Source: Candidatus Shapirobacteria bacterium
GTDB taxonomy: Bacteria; Patescibacteriota; Microgenomatia; UBA12405
Assembly (NCBI GenBank): GCA_041665485.1
Contig: JBAYIT010000002.1
Location: 133,867-197,866 of the forward strand
DNA length: 64,000 bases
Direction: 5' to 3'
The notes under the pieces are model-generated. The model did not search any database. It saw nothing but the letters and a program-made list of their open reading frames with translations, and was not told the DNA's origin. A program made the translations under genes and the position numbers. Shown in pieces: positions 27,974 to 36,076 of this stretch. Within the stretch, counting starts at the first letter, position 1. Each line of letters opens with the position of its first letter.

Positions 27974-29434
27974 ATGTTTGAACAATCATTTAAAAACATC
28001 GACAATATTCTCCACACTGATTCTGGTTGCGCCACTGAACTTGATTATGTTGAGCAAACCTCATGGATTCTTTTCCTAAAATATCTTGATGATTTAGAAG
28101 AAGATAAAAAGAAATCAGCCAGTTTGTCCGGAAAAAATTATGATTATATTTTGTCTCCGGAGTTTCGCTGGAATTCTTGGGCCTGCCCCAAAAATAGTAG
28201 CAACAAGCTAGACCTCAACAAAGCCCTCGACGGCGACGACTTAAGAGATTTTGTCAACAATAATCTCTTTCCCTATCTCAAAAAATTTAAAGCCGATAAA
28301 AACGAAGACCGAAACACCATTGAATACAAAATCGGCGAAATTTTCTTTGAATTAAAAAATAAAATTTCCAGTGGTTACAAACTTCGGGAAATTTTAAATA
28401 TCGTCGATGACATGCACTTTCGTCTTTACCAAGAAAAACATGAATTGTCTTACCTCTACGAAGCCAAAATCAAAAACATGGGTAACGCTGGCCGCAATGG
28501 CGGCGAATACTACACCCCCCGCCCCCTCATCAAAACTATTATCAAAGTCGTCGCCCCCAAACTTGGCGAAACAATTTACGACGGCGCTTGCGGCAGTGCC
28601 GGGTTCTTAGTCGAGTCATACAACTATCTAACCCAAGACCAAGCCCACCTGTCCTCAAGCCAAATGGAAGCCCTCCAAACCACCACCTTTTTTGGCAAAG
28701 AAATAAAATCTCTCGCCTACATCATCGGCATTATGAATATGATTTTGCACGGCATTGAAGCCCCAAATATTCGCCACATGAATACTTTATCCGACAATAT
28801 CAACGATATCCAAGAAAAAGACCGCTTTGATATTGTTCTGGCCAATCCGCCCTTCGGCGCCGGCATTGGCCGAGAAATTCAACAAAACTTTCCCATTAAA
28901 ACCGGTGAAACCGCTTTTCTTTTTCTCCAACATTTCATCAAAATTCTCAAAGCTGGTGGCCGGGCCGGCATTGTCATTAAAAATACTTTTCTTTCTAACA
29001 CCGACAATGCCTCAGTAAGTTTACGCAAACTGCTTTTGGAAAATTGCAATCTCCATACTGTCCTTGATTTACCCGGCGGCGCGTTTCAAGGTGCTGGCGT
29101 TAAAACTGTTGTTTTGTTTTTTGAAAAAGGTGCGGCCACTAAAAAAGTTTGGTTTTATCAACTTAATCTTGATCGCAATTTGGGCAAAGGTAATCCTTTA
29201 AATGAAGCCGATTTAGCCGAATTTGTCGAACTCCAAAAAATTCAAGCCACTAGCCCCAACTCTTGGAATGTCGACGTTTCCACCATCGACCAATCCACCT
29301 TCGACCTCTCCCCCAAAAATCCCAACACCGACCCCGGGCCAATTAACAGAGAACCGAAAGAAATTCTAGATGAGATGAAGAAATTGAGTCGGGAATCTGA
29401 ATTAATATTAGCAAAGATAAAAGATTTAATCTAA
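27974..29434 (+). CDS. hsdM: type I restriction-modification system methyltransferase subunit HsdM
   Basis: HsdM N-terminal domain, motif I DGACGSAGFL, motif IV ANPPFG. Confidence 0.9.
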   Translation: MFEQSFKNIDNILHTDSGCATELDYVEQTSWILFLKYLDDLEEDKKKSASLSGKNYDYILSPEFRWNSWACPKNSSNKLDLNKALDGDDLRDFVNNNLFPYLKKFKADKNEDRNTIEYKIGEIFFELKNKISSGYKLREILNIVDDMHFRLYQEKHELSYLYEAKIKNMGNAGRNGGEYYTPRPLIKTIIKVVAPKLGETIYDGACGSAGFLVESYNYLTQDQAHLSSSQMEALQTTTFFGKEIKSLAYIIGIMNMILHGIEAPNIRHMNTLSDNINDIQEKDRFDIVLANPPFGAGIGREIQQNFPIKTGETAFLFLQHFIKILKAGGRAGIVIKNTFLSNTDNASVSLRKLLLENCNLHTVLDLPGGAFQGAGVKTVVLFFEKGAATKKVWFYQLNLDRNLGKGNPLNEADLAEFVELQKIQATSPNSWNVDVSTIDQSTFDLSPKNPNTDPGPINREPKEILDEMKKLSRESELILAKIKDLI

Positions 29435-29437
29435 AAA

Positions 29438-30214
29438 ATGGACGTATCGCCTAATTATTTAATGAAGTTAGTTGGACAAATTGATGCAAAAATTTGGCAA
29501 GTTTTTGAAACTTATAAAAATGTAAATTTCTACATTAAAAAATGGCAAACCTATGACAGCTTTGGTAATGCAAATTTCAATATATCGTATATCGACAACA
29601 AAATTGATTTAAAAGACACCCTCCACTCAATTGACAACGAAAATTTAATTAAAATTGCAGTCGATCTGGGTATTGAAACTCCAGATTTTATTCCATCAGT
29701 CCCAGTAATTAAAAATGTTTTAAAAAATAATTTTCCAACCGCTTTTGATACTTTTAAAAAAGCCATTGATCAAATTGAAGAAAATCCAGATTTAGCTATT
29801 GGTTCAGCAAATTCCACTTTAGAAAGTATTATCAAACACATTTCTGATAATAGTAATATTTCAAAAAAAGTCAACAAAAAAGACACCCTTTATAAACTAA
29901 CCCAGGATATTTTGAAAGAGTTTTCTCTTTTTCCAACCAAATCAATCCCGGTAGAGATAAAAACTATCGGGAGCAGTTTGTTAAATCTATCCCAAAACAT
30001 AGAAAGTTTGAGAAGTAATAAAACAACCTTTCATGGCAAGTCAGCTAATGATTATATTGTCGATGATCCCCTGTATGCCTATTTTATTGTAAACATTGTT
30101 TCTTCAATCGGATTATTTTTGATTAGTTTTTATGAAAAGAAATACAATAAACTTGACCTAAAAAGTTCCGGTGAATATGTCAACGAAACAACCATCGATG
30201 AGATGCCTTTTTAA
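29438..30214 (+). CDS. hypothetical protein embedded between hsdM and hsdS (possible HEPN/Abi-like)
   Basis: 258 aa, starting 3 bp after the hsdM stop. It contains RSNKTTFH (Rx6H), compatible with a HEPN motif. It has a C-terminal hydrophobic segment and no other recognisable motif. Confidence 0.45.
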   Translation: MDVSPNYLMKLVGQIDAKIWQVFETYKNVNFYIKKWQTYDSFGNANFNISYIDNKIDLKDTLHSIDNENLIKIAVDLGIETPDFIPSVPVIKNVLKNNFPTAFDTFKKAIDQIEENPDLAIGSANSTLESIIKHISDNSNISKKVNKKDTLYKLTQDILKEFSLFPTKSIPVEIKTIGSSLLNLSQNIESLRSNKTTFHGKSANDYIVDDPLYAYFIVNIVSSIGLFLISFYEKKYNKLDLKSSGEYVNETTIDEMPF

Positions 30215-30231
30215 ACTAAAAACCATCAAAC

Positions 30232-31446
30232 ATGAAACCTAATTGGCCAACCAAAAGACTTGTGGATCTATATGAAATTACCTCGAGCAAAAGGGTTTTT
30301 AAATCGGAATGGAAAAGCAATGGGATACCTTTTTACAGAGCCAGAGAAATTGTTAAATTAGCACAAAACGGATTTGTTAACAATGAATTGTTCATCTCAA
30401 AAGAGATGTTTGACAAATATTCCGTAAAATACGGCATACCAAAGGAAGGAGACATAATGGTTACAGGAGTAGGCACCCTAGGAATTTGTTATGTAGTTAA
30501 AAATAACGATAAATTTTATTTTAAAGATGGGAACATCATCTGGTTAAAAAAGAAAAGTGATGTCATCACCAAATTTGTTGAATATGCCTTTAAATCAGAC
30601 TTTTTGAGAAAGCAAATAGATAATAGTGCAGGAGCTACGGTGGGAACTTACACCATAATAAAAGCAAAAAATACGATCATTCCTCTTCCACCTCTCCCCG
30701 AACAGATCCACATTGTAGAAATTTTGGATGATGTATTTGAGGATATAAAAAAAGTTAAAGAAAACACTGAAAAGAATCTCCAAAATTTCAAAGACCTTTT
30801 TGAATCATATTTAGACAGTATTTTTAATAATCCAAACGGCAACTTTGAAAATAAAAAAATCAAAGACATTGCTGAAATAAAAGGCGGAAAAAGAGTTCCA
30901 AGAGGATATAAGTTAAAAAATGAAAAAACTAAATATCCGTATATTCGAGTAGCTGATTTTAACAACCATGGCAACATTGACCTCGAAAACATCAAATATG
31001 TTGATAAAAACATTTATGAGCAAATTAAAAATTACACCATTTCAACAAAAGATTTATATATAAGTATTGCCGGTACGATAGGTAAAACAGGCATAATTCC
31101 CCAAGAATTAGAAGGAGCTAATTTAACAGAAAATTCCTGTAAACTGGTTTTTAAAGACAATATCTATAACCGATATATTTACTTTTTTACTAAAAGCACC
31201 GAATTTATTAAACAAGCGGGACTAAATACAAGAAAAGTCGCAATGCCTAAACTTGCCTTAACCAGATTGGGAAACATATTAATTCCAATACCAAAATCAA
31301 TTTCCGAACAAAAGGCAATTGTGGCCAAGTTAGACACATTGGCAGGGGAGACGAAAAATCTGGAGGTGATTTATAAGCAAAAATTGGCCGATTTAGAAGA
31401 ACTGAAAAAATCCATATTAAGCAAGGCCTTTAGTGGAGAATTATAG
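30232..31446 (+). CDS. hsdS: type I restriction-modification system specificity subunit HsdS
   Basis: Two target-recognition domains separated by the conserved LPPLPEQIHIVEILD, with a C-terminal conserved helix. Confidence 0.85.
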   Translation: MKPNWPTKRLVDLYEITSSKRVFKSEWKSNGIPFYRAREIVKLAQNGFVNNELFISKEMFDKYSVKYGIPKEGDIMVTGVGTLGICYVVKNNDKFYFKDGNIIWLKKKSDVITKFVEYAFKSDFLRKQIDNSAGATVGTYTIIKAKNTIIPLPPLPEQIHIVEILDDVFEDIKKVKENTEKNLQNFKDLFESYLDSIFNNPNGNFENKKIKDIAEIKGGKRVPRGYKLKNEKTKYPYIRVADFNNHGNIDLENIKYVDKNIYEQIKNYTISTKDLYISIAGTIGKTGIIPQELEGANLTENSCKLVFKDNIYNRYIYFFTKSTEFIKQAGLNTRKVAMPKLALTRLGNILIPIPKSISEQKAIVAKLDTLAGETKNLEVIYKQKLADLEELKKSILSKAFSGEL

Positions 31447-31640
31447 CCGTGGTAAACTTAAAGCATGAGTAAGCTTATACCCAAAAAAAGAGGTGACACA
31501 CTGGTTAAAACTATCGAGAAGAAATACGGTGTTGACTTGAAATATCGATCAGATGCCCAGCTTCACACCGTACTGGAAAAAGAAGGCTTACCCTCTCTTT
31601 CCAAACTCCTAAAAATGACTCGAAAATAGTCCAAACGATT

Positions 31641-32174
31641 ATGAGTGGTTTTGAATTTATAAAAAGCAAGGAACTCCGCCAGACGCTCGAAAACTCCATC
31701 GAATACATCTACACTCTCTACGAACGGGCAAAAAACGGAGAAGAAAAGCAATTATATAAAGAAGAAACATATCGAGTCATTATTTTGTATGTAATTTCTG
31801 TCATCGAAGCTGTACTTTTTTATTTTTACAAAGAACGTGGAGAAAAAATCGAATCTTTTGAATATAAATATATTAATCAACTTCCGCAAAGTTATACTCA
31901 CACTCTAAAAAAAGATATGCCTATAGTTGTTGCCGTCCAAGAAAAAATCGAAAAAAGTCAGGTTGGTCTGTACGAACTTATAAAATTTTTTAGAGGAAAA
32001 AAACTCATAAAAGAAAGCACCGCCTCCGATATTTTAGAATTAAATGATATTAGAAATACTTTTCACCTTAATAAAGCCCGTACAAAAAGATGCGATATCA
32101 AACAAGTTGAATCAGCTCTAAAATTACTTGTACACACAATTGAAAACGCCCCAAAGGCCTTGAAAATCAATTAA
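31641..32174 (+). CDS. hypothetical all-alpha protein embedded between hsdS and hsdR
   Basis: 177 aa, unknown function. It contains DIRNTFH. It belongs to the class of small genes embedded in restriction-modification operons. Confidence 0.4.
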   Translation: MSGFEFIKSKELRQTLENSIEYIYTLYERAKNGEEKQLYKEETYRVIILYVISVIEAVLFYFYKERGEKIESFEYKYINQLPQSYTHTLKKDMPIVVAVQEKIEKSQVGLYELIKFFRGKKLIKESTASDILELNDIRNTFHLNKARTKRCDIKQVESALKLLVHTIENAPKALKIN

Positions 32175-32210
32175 ACCCCATTTTGTTCGGCGCTGGCTTA
32201 TAATACAATC

Positions 32211-34565
32211 ATGAACGAAGCCGAAACCCGAGCCGAATACATTGATCCCAAGCTTAAAGCCAGTGGTTGGGGAGAAGTCGAAGATTCAAAGGTGTCGCGC
32301 GAATTTCATATCACCGACGGCCGAATCCAAACCGGTGGTGTTCGCGGTAAACCGGAAATCGCTGATTATATTTTGGTATATAAAAACCGCAGAATCGGCG
32401 TTATTGAAGCCAAAGCCGAAAATCTTTCAGTCACCGAAGGTGTCACCCAAGCCAAAGCCTACGCCACCAAATTGCAAATCGATTATGCCTACTCCACCAA
32501 TGGCCACGAAATTTACGAAATCTGTTTAAAAACCGGCCAAGAGGGGATTGTTCCCAATTTTCCCACTCCAAACGAACTGTGGCAAAAAACTTTTTCCCAT
32601 CAAAACCAATGGCAAGAACAATTTGACAATATCCCCTTTGAAGACGGTGGCACCGGCAAAAAACCTAGGTACTATCAAGAAATTGCCGTCAACAATATCG
32701 TTAAAGCCGTCGCCGAAGAAAAAAATCGAATTCTTCTAACCCTCGCCACTGGCACCGGAAAAACTTTTGTTGCTTTCCAAGTTGCTTGGAAACTATTTCA
32801 AACTCGCTGGAATTTAAAACGTGACGGTAACCGCCGGCCAAGAATTTTATTTTTAGCCGACCGGAATATTTTAGCCGACCAAGCCTTCAATGCTTTTTCC
32901 GCCTTTGACAAAGATGCTCTGGTTCGCATCAATCCTCTAGATATTCGCAAAAAAGGCGGTGTACCAATAAGCGGTAGTGTCTTTTTTACTATCTTTCAGA
33001 CCTTTATGAGTGGTAAAGACGGCAGCCCCTATTTTGGCGACTATCCCGCCGACTTTTTCGACCTAATTATCATCGACGAATGTCATCGTGGTGGCGCCAA
33101 CGATGAAAGCAATTGGCGAGGAATTCTCGACTATTTTTCTCCCGCCGTTCAACTTGGTCTAACCGCCACCCCCAAACGAAAAGATAATATCGATACTTAT
33201 AAATATTTCGGTGATCCAGTCTATATTTACTCACTTAAAGACGGTGTTAACGATGGTTTTTTAACTCCTTTTAAAATCAAACGCATTAAAACCACTCTCG
33301 ATGATTATGTCTACACCTCCGACGATCAAATTATCGAGGGCGAAGTGGAAGAAGGCAAGATATACAAAGAACCAGATTTTAATCGAATCATTGTCATTAA
33401 AGAACGCGAAGCCAATAGAGTTCGAATTGTCCTAGACGAAATCAATCAAAGCGAAAAAACAATTATTTTTTGCGCCACCCAAGATCATGCCCTTGCTGTC
33501 CGCGACTTAGTCAATCAGATGAAAGATAGCAAAGACCCCAATTATTGTGTCCGCGTAACCGCCAACGACGGCGATCGGGGCGAACAATTCTTGCGCGAAT
33601 TTCAAGACAACGAAAAAACCATTCCCACCATTCTTACCACTTCCCAAAAACTCTCAACCGGAGTCGACGCCCGCAATATTCGCAATATTGTTTTAATGAG
33701 GCCGATCAATTCCATGATTGAATTCAAACAAATTATTGGTCGTGGCACTAGGCTTTTTGATGGTAAAGAATACTTTACTATTTACGACTTCGTCGATGCT
33801 TATAAGCATTTTTCCGATCCAGAGTGGGACGGGGAACCAATTGATGAGACTACCGACGGACCGAGTGGCCCAGGAGAAGATGGTCCAGGAGGGGATCCAC
33901 CGCCAAAGATTTGTCCTATTTGTGGCAAAGAACCCTGTGAATGTGAAAAAAACCCACCAAAGAAAAAATTAAAAATAAAATTACGTGATGGTAAAGAGAG
34001 GGAAATAAAACATATGATCGCCACCTCATTTTGGAGCGCCGACGGTAAACCAATCACCATTCAAGAATTTATTAATAACATGTATGGCGCTATGCCCGAA
34101 TTTTTCAAATCAGAAGAAGAATTAAGAACCATTTGGTCAAACCCCACCACCCGCAAAGTATTCTTGGAGAAGATCGCCGAAATTGGTTATGGCAAGGATG
34201 AATTAGAAACTTTACAAAAAATAATTGAGGCGGAAAATTCCGACCTTTTCGACGTCCTTACTTATGTTTCTTTTTGCACCCCGCCAATTTCTCGAATCGA
34301 TAGAGTCGAATCGGCAAAACAAAAAATATTTGAGGGTTTGGAAAGTAAACAGAAAGAATTTTTGGATTTTGTTTTATCAAAATATCAGGAAAAAGGAGTC
34401 GAAGAGCTCGATGAGGATAAACTACCAATTTTACTCAATTTGAAATATCACGCCATTGCCAACGCCGAACAATCACTCGGAAATGTCGAAGACATTAGGG
34501 CAATCTTCTTTGGTTTCCAAAAAAATCTTTACGCCAAACCAATCCAGCTATATGCAGACCAATAA
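32211..34565 (+). CDS. hsdR: type I restriction enzyme R subunit HsdR
   Basis: N-terminus MNEAETRAEYIDPKL..GW (the HsdR_N domain). Helicase motifs TGTGKT, DECHRG, QIIGRGTR. A C-terminal Cys4 ribbon CPICGKEPCEC. Confidence 0.9.
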   Translation: MNEAETRAEYIDPKLKASGWGEVEDSKVSREFHITDGRIQTGGVRGKPEIADYILVYKNRRIGVIEAKAENLSVTEGVTQAKAYATKLQIDYAYSTNGHEIYEICLKTGQEGIVPNFPTPNELWQKTFSHQNQWQEQFDNIPFEDGGTGKKPRYYQEIAVNNIVKAVAEEKNRILLTLATGTGKTFVAFQVAWKLFQTRWNLKRDGNRRPRILFLADRNILADQAFNAFSAFDKDALVRINPLDIRKKGGVPISGSVFFTIFQTFMSGKDGSPYFGDYPADFFDLIIIDECHRGGANDESNWRGILDYFSPAVQLGLTATPKRKDNIDTYKYFGDPVYIYSLKDGVNDGFLTPFKIKRIKTTLDDYVYTSDDQIIEGEVEEGKIYKEPDFNRIIVIKEREANRVRIVLDEINQSEKTIIFCATQDHALAVRDLVNQMKDSKDPNYCVRVTANDGDRGEQFLREFQDNEKTIPTILTTSQKLSTGVDARNIRNIVLMRPINSMIEFKQIIGRGTRLFDGKEYFTIYDFVDAYKHFSDPEWDGEPIDETTDGPSGPGEDGPGGDPPPKICPICGKEPCECEKNPPKKKLKIKLRDGKEREIKHMIATSFWSADGKPITIQEFINNMYGAMPEFFKSEEELRTIWSNPTTRKVFLEKIAEIGYGKDELETLQKIIEAENSDLFDVLTYVSFCTPPISRIDRVESAKQKIFEGLESKQKEFLDFVLSKYQEKGVEELDEDKLPILLNLKYHAIANAEQSLGNVEDIRAIFFGFQKNLYAKPIQLYADQ

Positions 34566-34839
34566 TAAAAAAAAAACACCCCAAAGTCACAGAACAAGGT
34601 AATTATTTCAGGATAGACAAACAAAAATCAAACGGAAAAATAATCAAAAAAATAGGGGAGATATTTGGTGAAGGCTGTTAGTTTCAGGGCAAACAACCTT
34701 CGAAATGCCGACGGCTCAACAATCTGCTAAGCCTAAACTCATAATACCATACATCTCGCGATTAGACAATAATATATCCGTACAATACCGCACAAAACAT
34801 CTATTGACAAGTAACTTTCCCTCCTTTCCCTATAATTCC

Positions 34840-34872
34840 GGTATGGCAGTAACATATAATTACTGCCATACC
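34840..34872. promoter_or_regulatory. perfect 13-bp inverted repeat (GGTATGGCAGTAA-N7-TTACTGCCATACC) next to a TTGACA...TATAAT-like promoter
   Basis: It lies 15 bp upstream of the 34887 ORF and is followed by atttcttttc. It could be an operator or an intrinsic terminator. Confidence 0.4.
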
Positions 34873-34886
34873 ATTTCTTTTCAAAT

Positions 34887-35348
34887 ATGAAATTAATAAT
34901 TAAATATTCCCTCACTGGAGAACTTAAAGAAGCGGTTAATGTACTCAAAAACCTAAGTGAGTACGAAAATCTCCGTTCCTTCATCAAACCTTCATTCAAA
35001 TCTATTCTCACCTTTGCTGTAAACAAAAATACAGCAATTAAACATACCCAAAAAGTCTGGCTAGATGCAAAACCGGCAGTAGAAAAAGCATTCAAGGATC
35101 TTGGCATCAAAGATCCGGGAGAAATGCCTTGTTTTCTTCATGGAATGTCCTGCGAAGGTTGGTTTAATACAAACAACAATTCCATCCATGTCCGCTTCCC
35201 AGAAAATGGTGGAGATAAAGAACTCCTTAACACCATCGTTCACGAAATCATCCATCTTGCCACCTACAACAAAAAGTATGATTACGGCAAGCGAGAAGAT
35301 ATTGTCGATAAATACCTCAATAAGCCTCAGTTAAAAAAGATTTTCTAA
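34887..35348 (+). CDS. hypothetical HExxH zinc-metallopeptidase-like protein
   Basis: TIVHEIIHLATYN contains HExxH. 153 aa. Confidence 0.35.
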   Translation: MKLIIKYSLTGELKEAVNVLKNLSEYENLRSFIKPSFKSILTFAVNKNTAIKHTQKVWLDAKPAVEKAFKDLGIKDPGEMPCFLHGMSCEGWFNTNNNSIHVRFPENGGDKELLNTIVHEIIHLATYNKKYDYGKREDIVDKYLNKPQLKKIF

Positions 35349-35414
35349 GTGTAAGCCAATAACCGCTATTATAGAACTCAAATTTAATTTAGCGTAAGAA
35401 TAGGCAAAAAAACT

Positions 35415-35484
35415 TGGTGACCCCAGTTGAGTCGCCGTGTCCGCTGCGCCTGTCCACTGACAGGGCTCAGACGGAAACCCACGA
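35415..35484 (-). pseudogene. tRNA-Glu 3' (T-arm/acceptor) fragment interrupted by a 41-bp GC-rich hairpin insert
   Basis: tggtgaccccagt-t-gagtcg[41-bp insert]aacccacga reproduces the 3' ~30 nt of the adjacent tRNA-Glu. It sits inside a 36-bp direct repeat at 35392-35427 and 35504-35539. Confidence 0.45.
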
Positions 35485-35526
35485 CTCCATTATTAGAAAT
35501 TTAACGTAAGAGTAGGCAAAAAAACT

Positions 35527-35603
35527 TGGTGACCCCAGTGGGAGTCGAACCCACGATTACCTGGATGAAGGCCAGGTGTCCTAGGCCACTAGACGATGGG
35601 GCC
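35527..35603 (-). tRNA. tRNA-Glu (anticodon TTC), CCA encoded
   Basis: The reverse-complement is colinear with E. coli tRNA-Glu. Anticodon stem cctgg/ccagg with loop ccTTCat. T-arm gtggg-ttcgact-cccac. Confidence 0.8.
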
Positions 35604-35735
35604 AAAACTAATTTTAAAAAGGTGCACGGCCACTAAGAGTTTATCCGCCTGTGGCGGAATGGGGCCAAAATTCCTCCTATTATCTCACGCCCCATTTGTT
35701 ATTAAAACTATTAAATAAACTAAAGTCTCCCTTGT

Positions 35736-35921
35736 CAAAGGGAGATTTAGAGGGATTGAAAACTTGCGAAGCGTAGCGAAGTCCGGCTCAGACGGATCAA
35801 AGGGAGATTTAGAGGGATTGAAAACTTGCGAAGCGTAGCGAAGTCCGGCTCAGACGGATCAAAGGGAGATTTAGAGGGATTGGAAACTTGCAAGCGTTGC
35901 GAAGTCCGGCTCAGACAGGTC
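35736..35921. repeat. 62-bp tandem repeat, 3 copies (the third diverged)
   Basis: The unit caaagggagatttagagggattgaaaacttgcgaagcgtagcgaagtccggctcagacggat is repeated at 35736, 35798 and 35860. It lies upstream of the giant surface protein gene. Confidence 0.85.
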
Positions 35922-36076
35922 AAAGGAGGGGATAGGGGTAGATTTTAATTTTAAGCCCCAAAAAAACACACATCAAATACATACTTGCGTTAAATTTGCC
36001 AAACTATAGGCCTAAACGCGACACTTTCCTCATTTTTCTGTATACTCTTTCTAATAATAAACCGATTCTGATTCAA

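Noticed and set aside
35736-35921. 62-bp tandem repeats considered as a CRISPR array
   Set aside because: The units are directly adjacent, with no unique spacers of regular length between them. The array has only 3 copies and the third is diverged. No cas genes are present.
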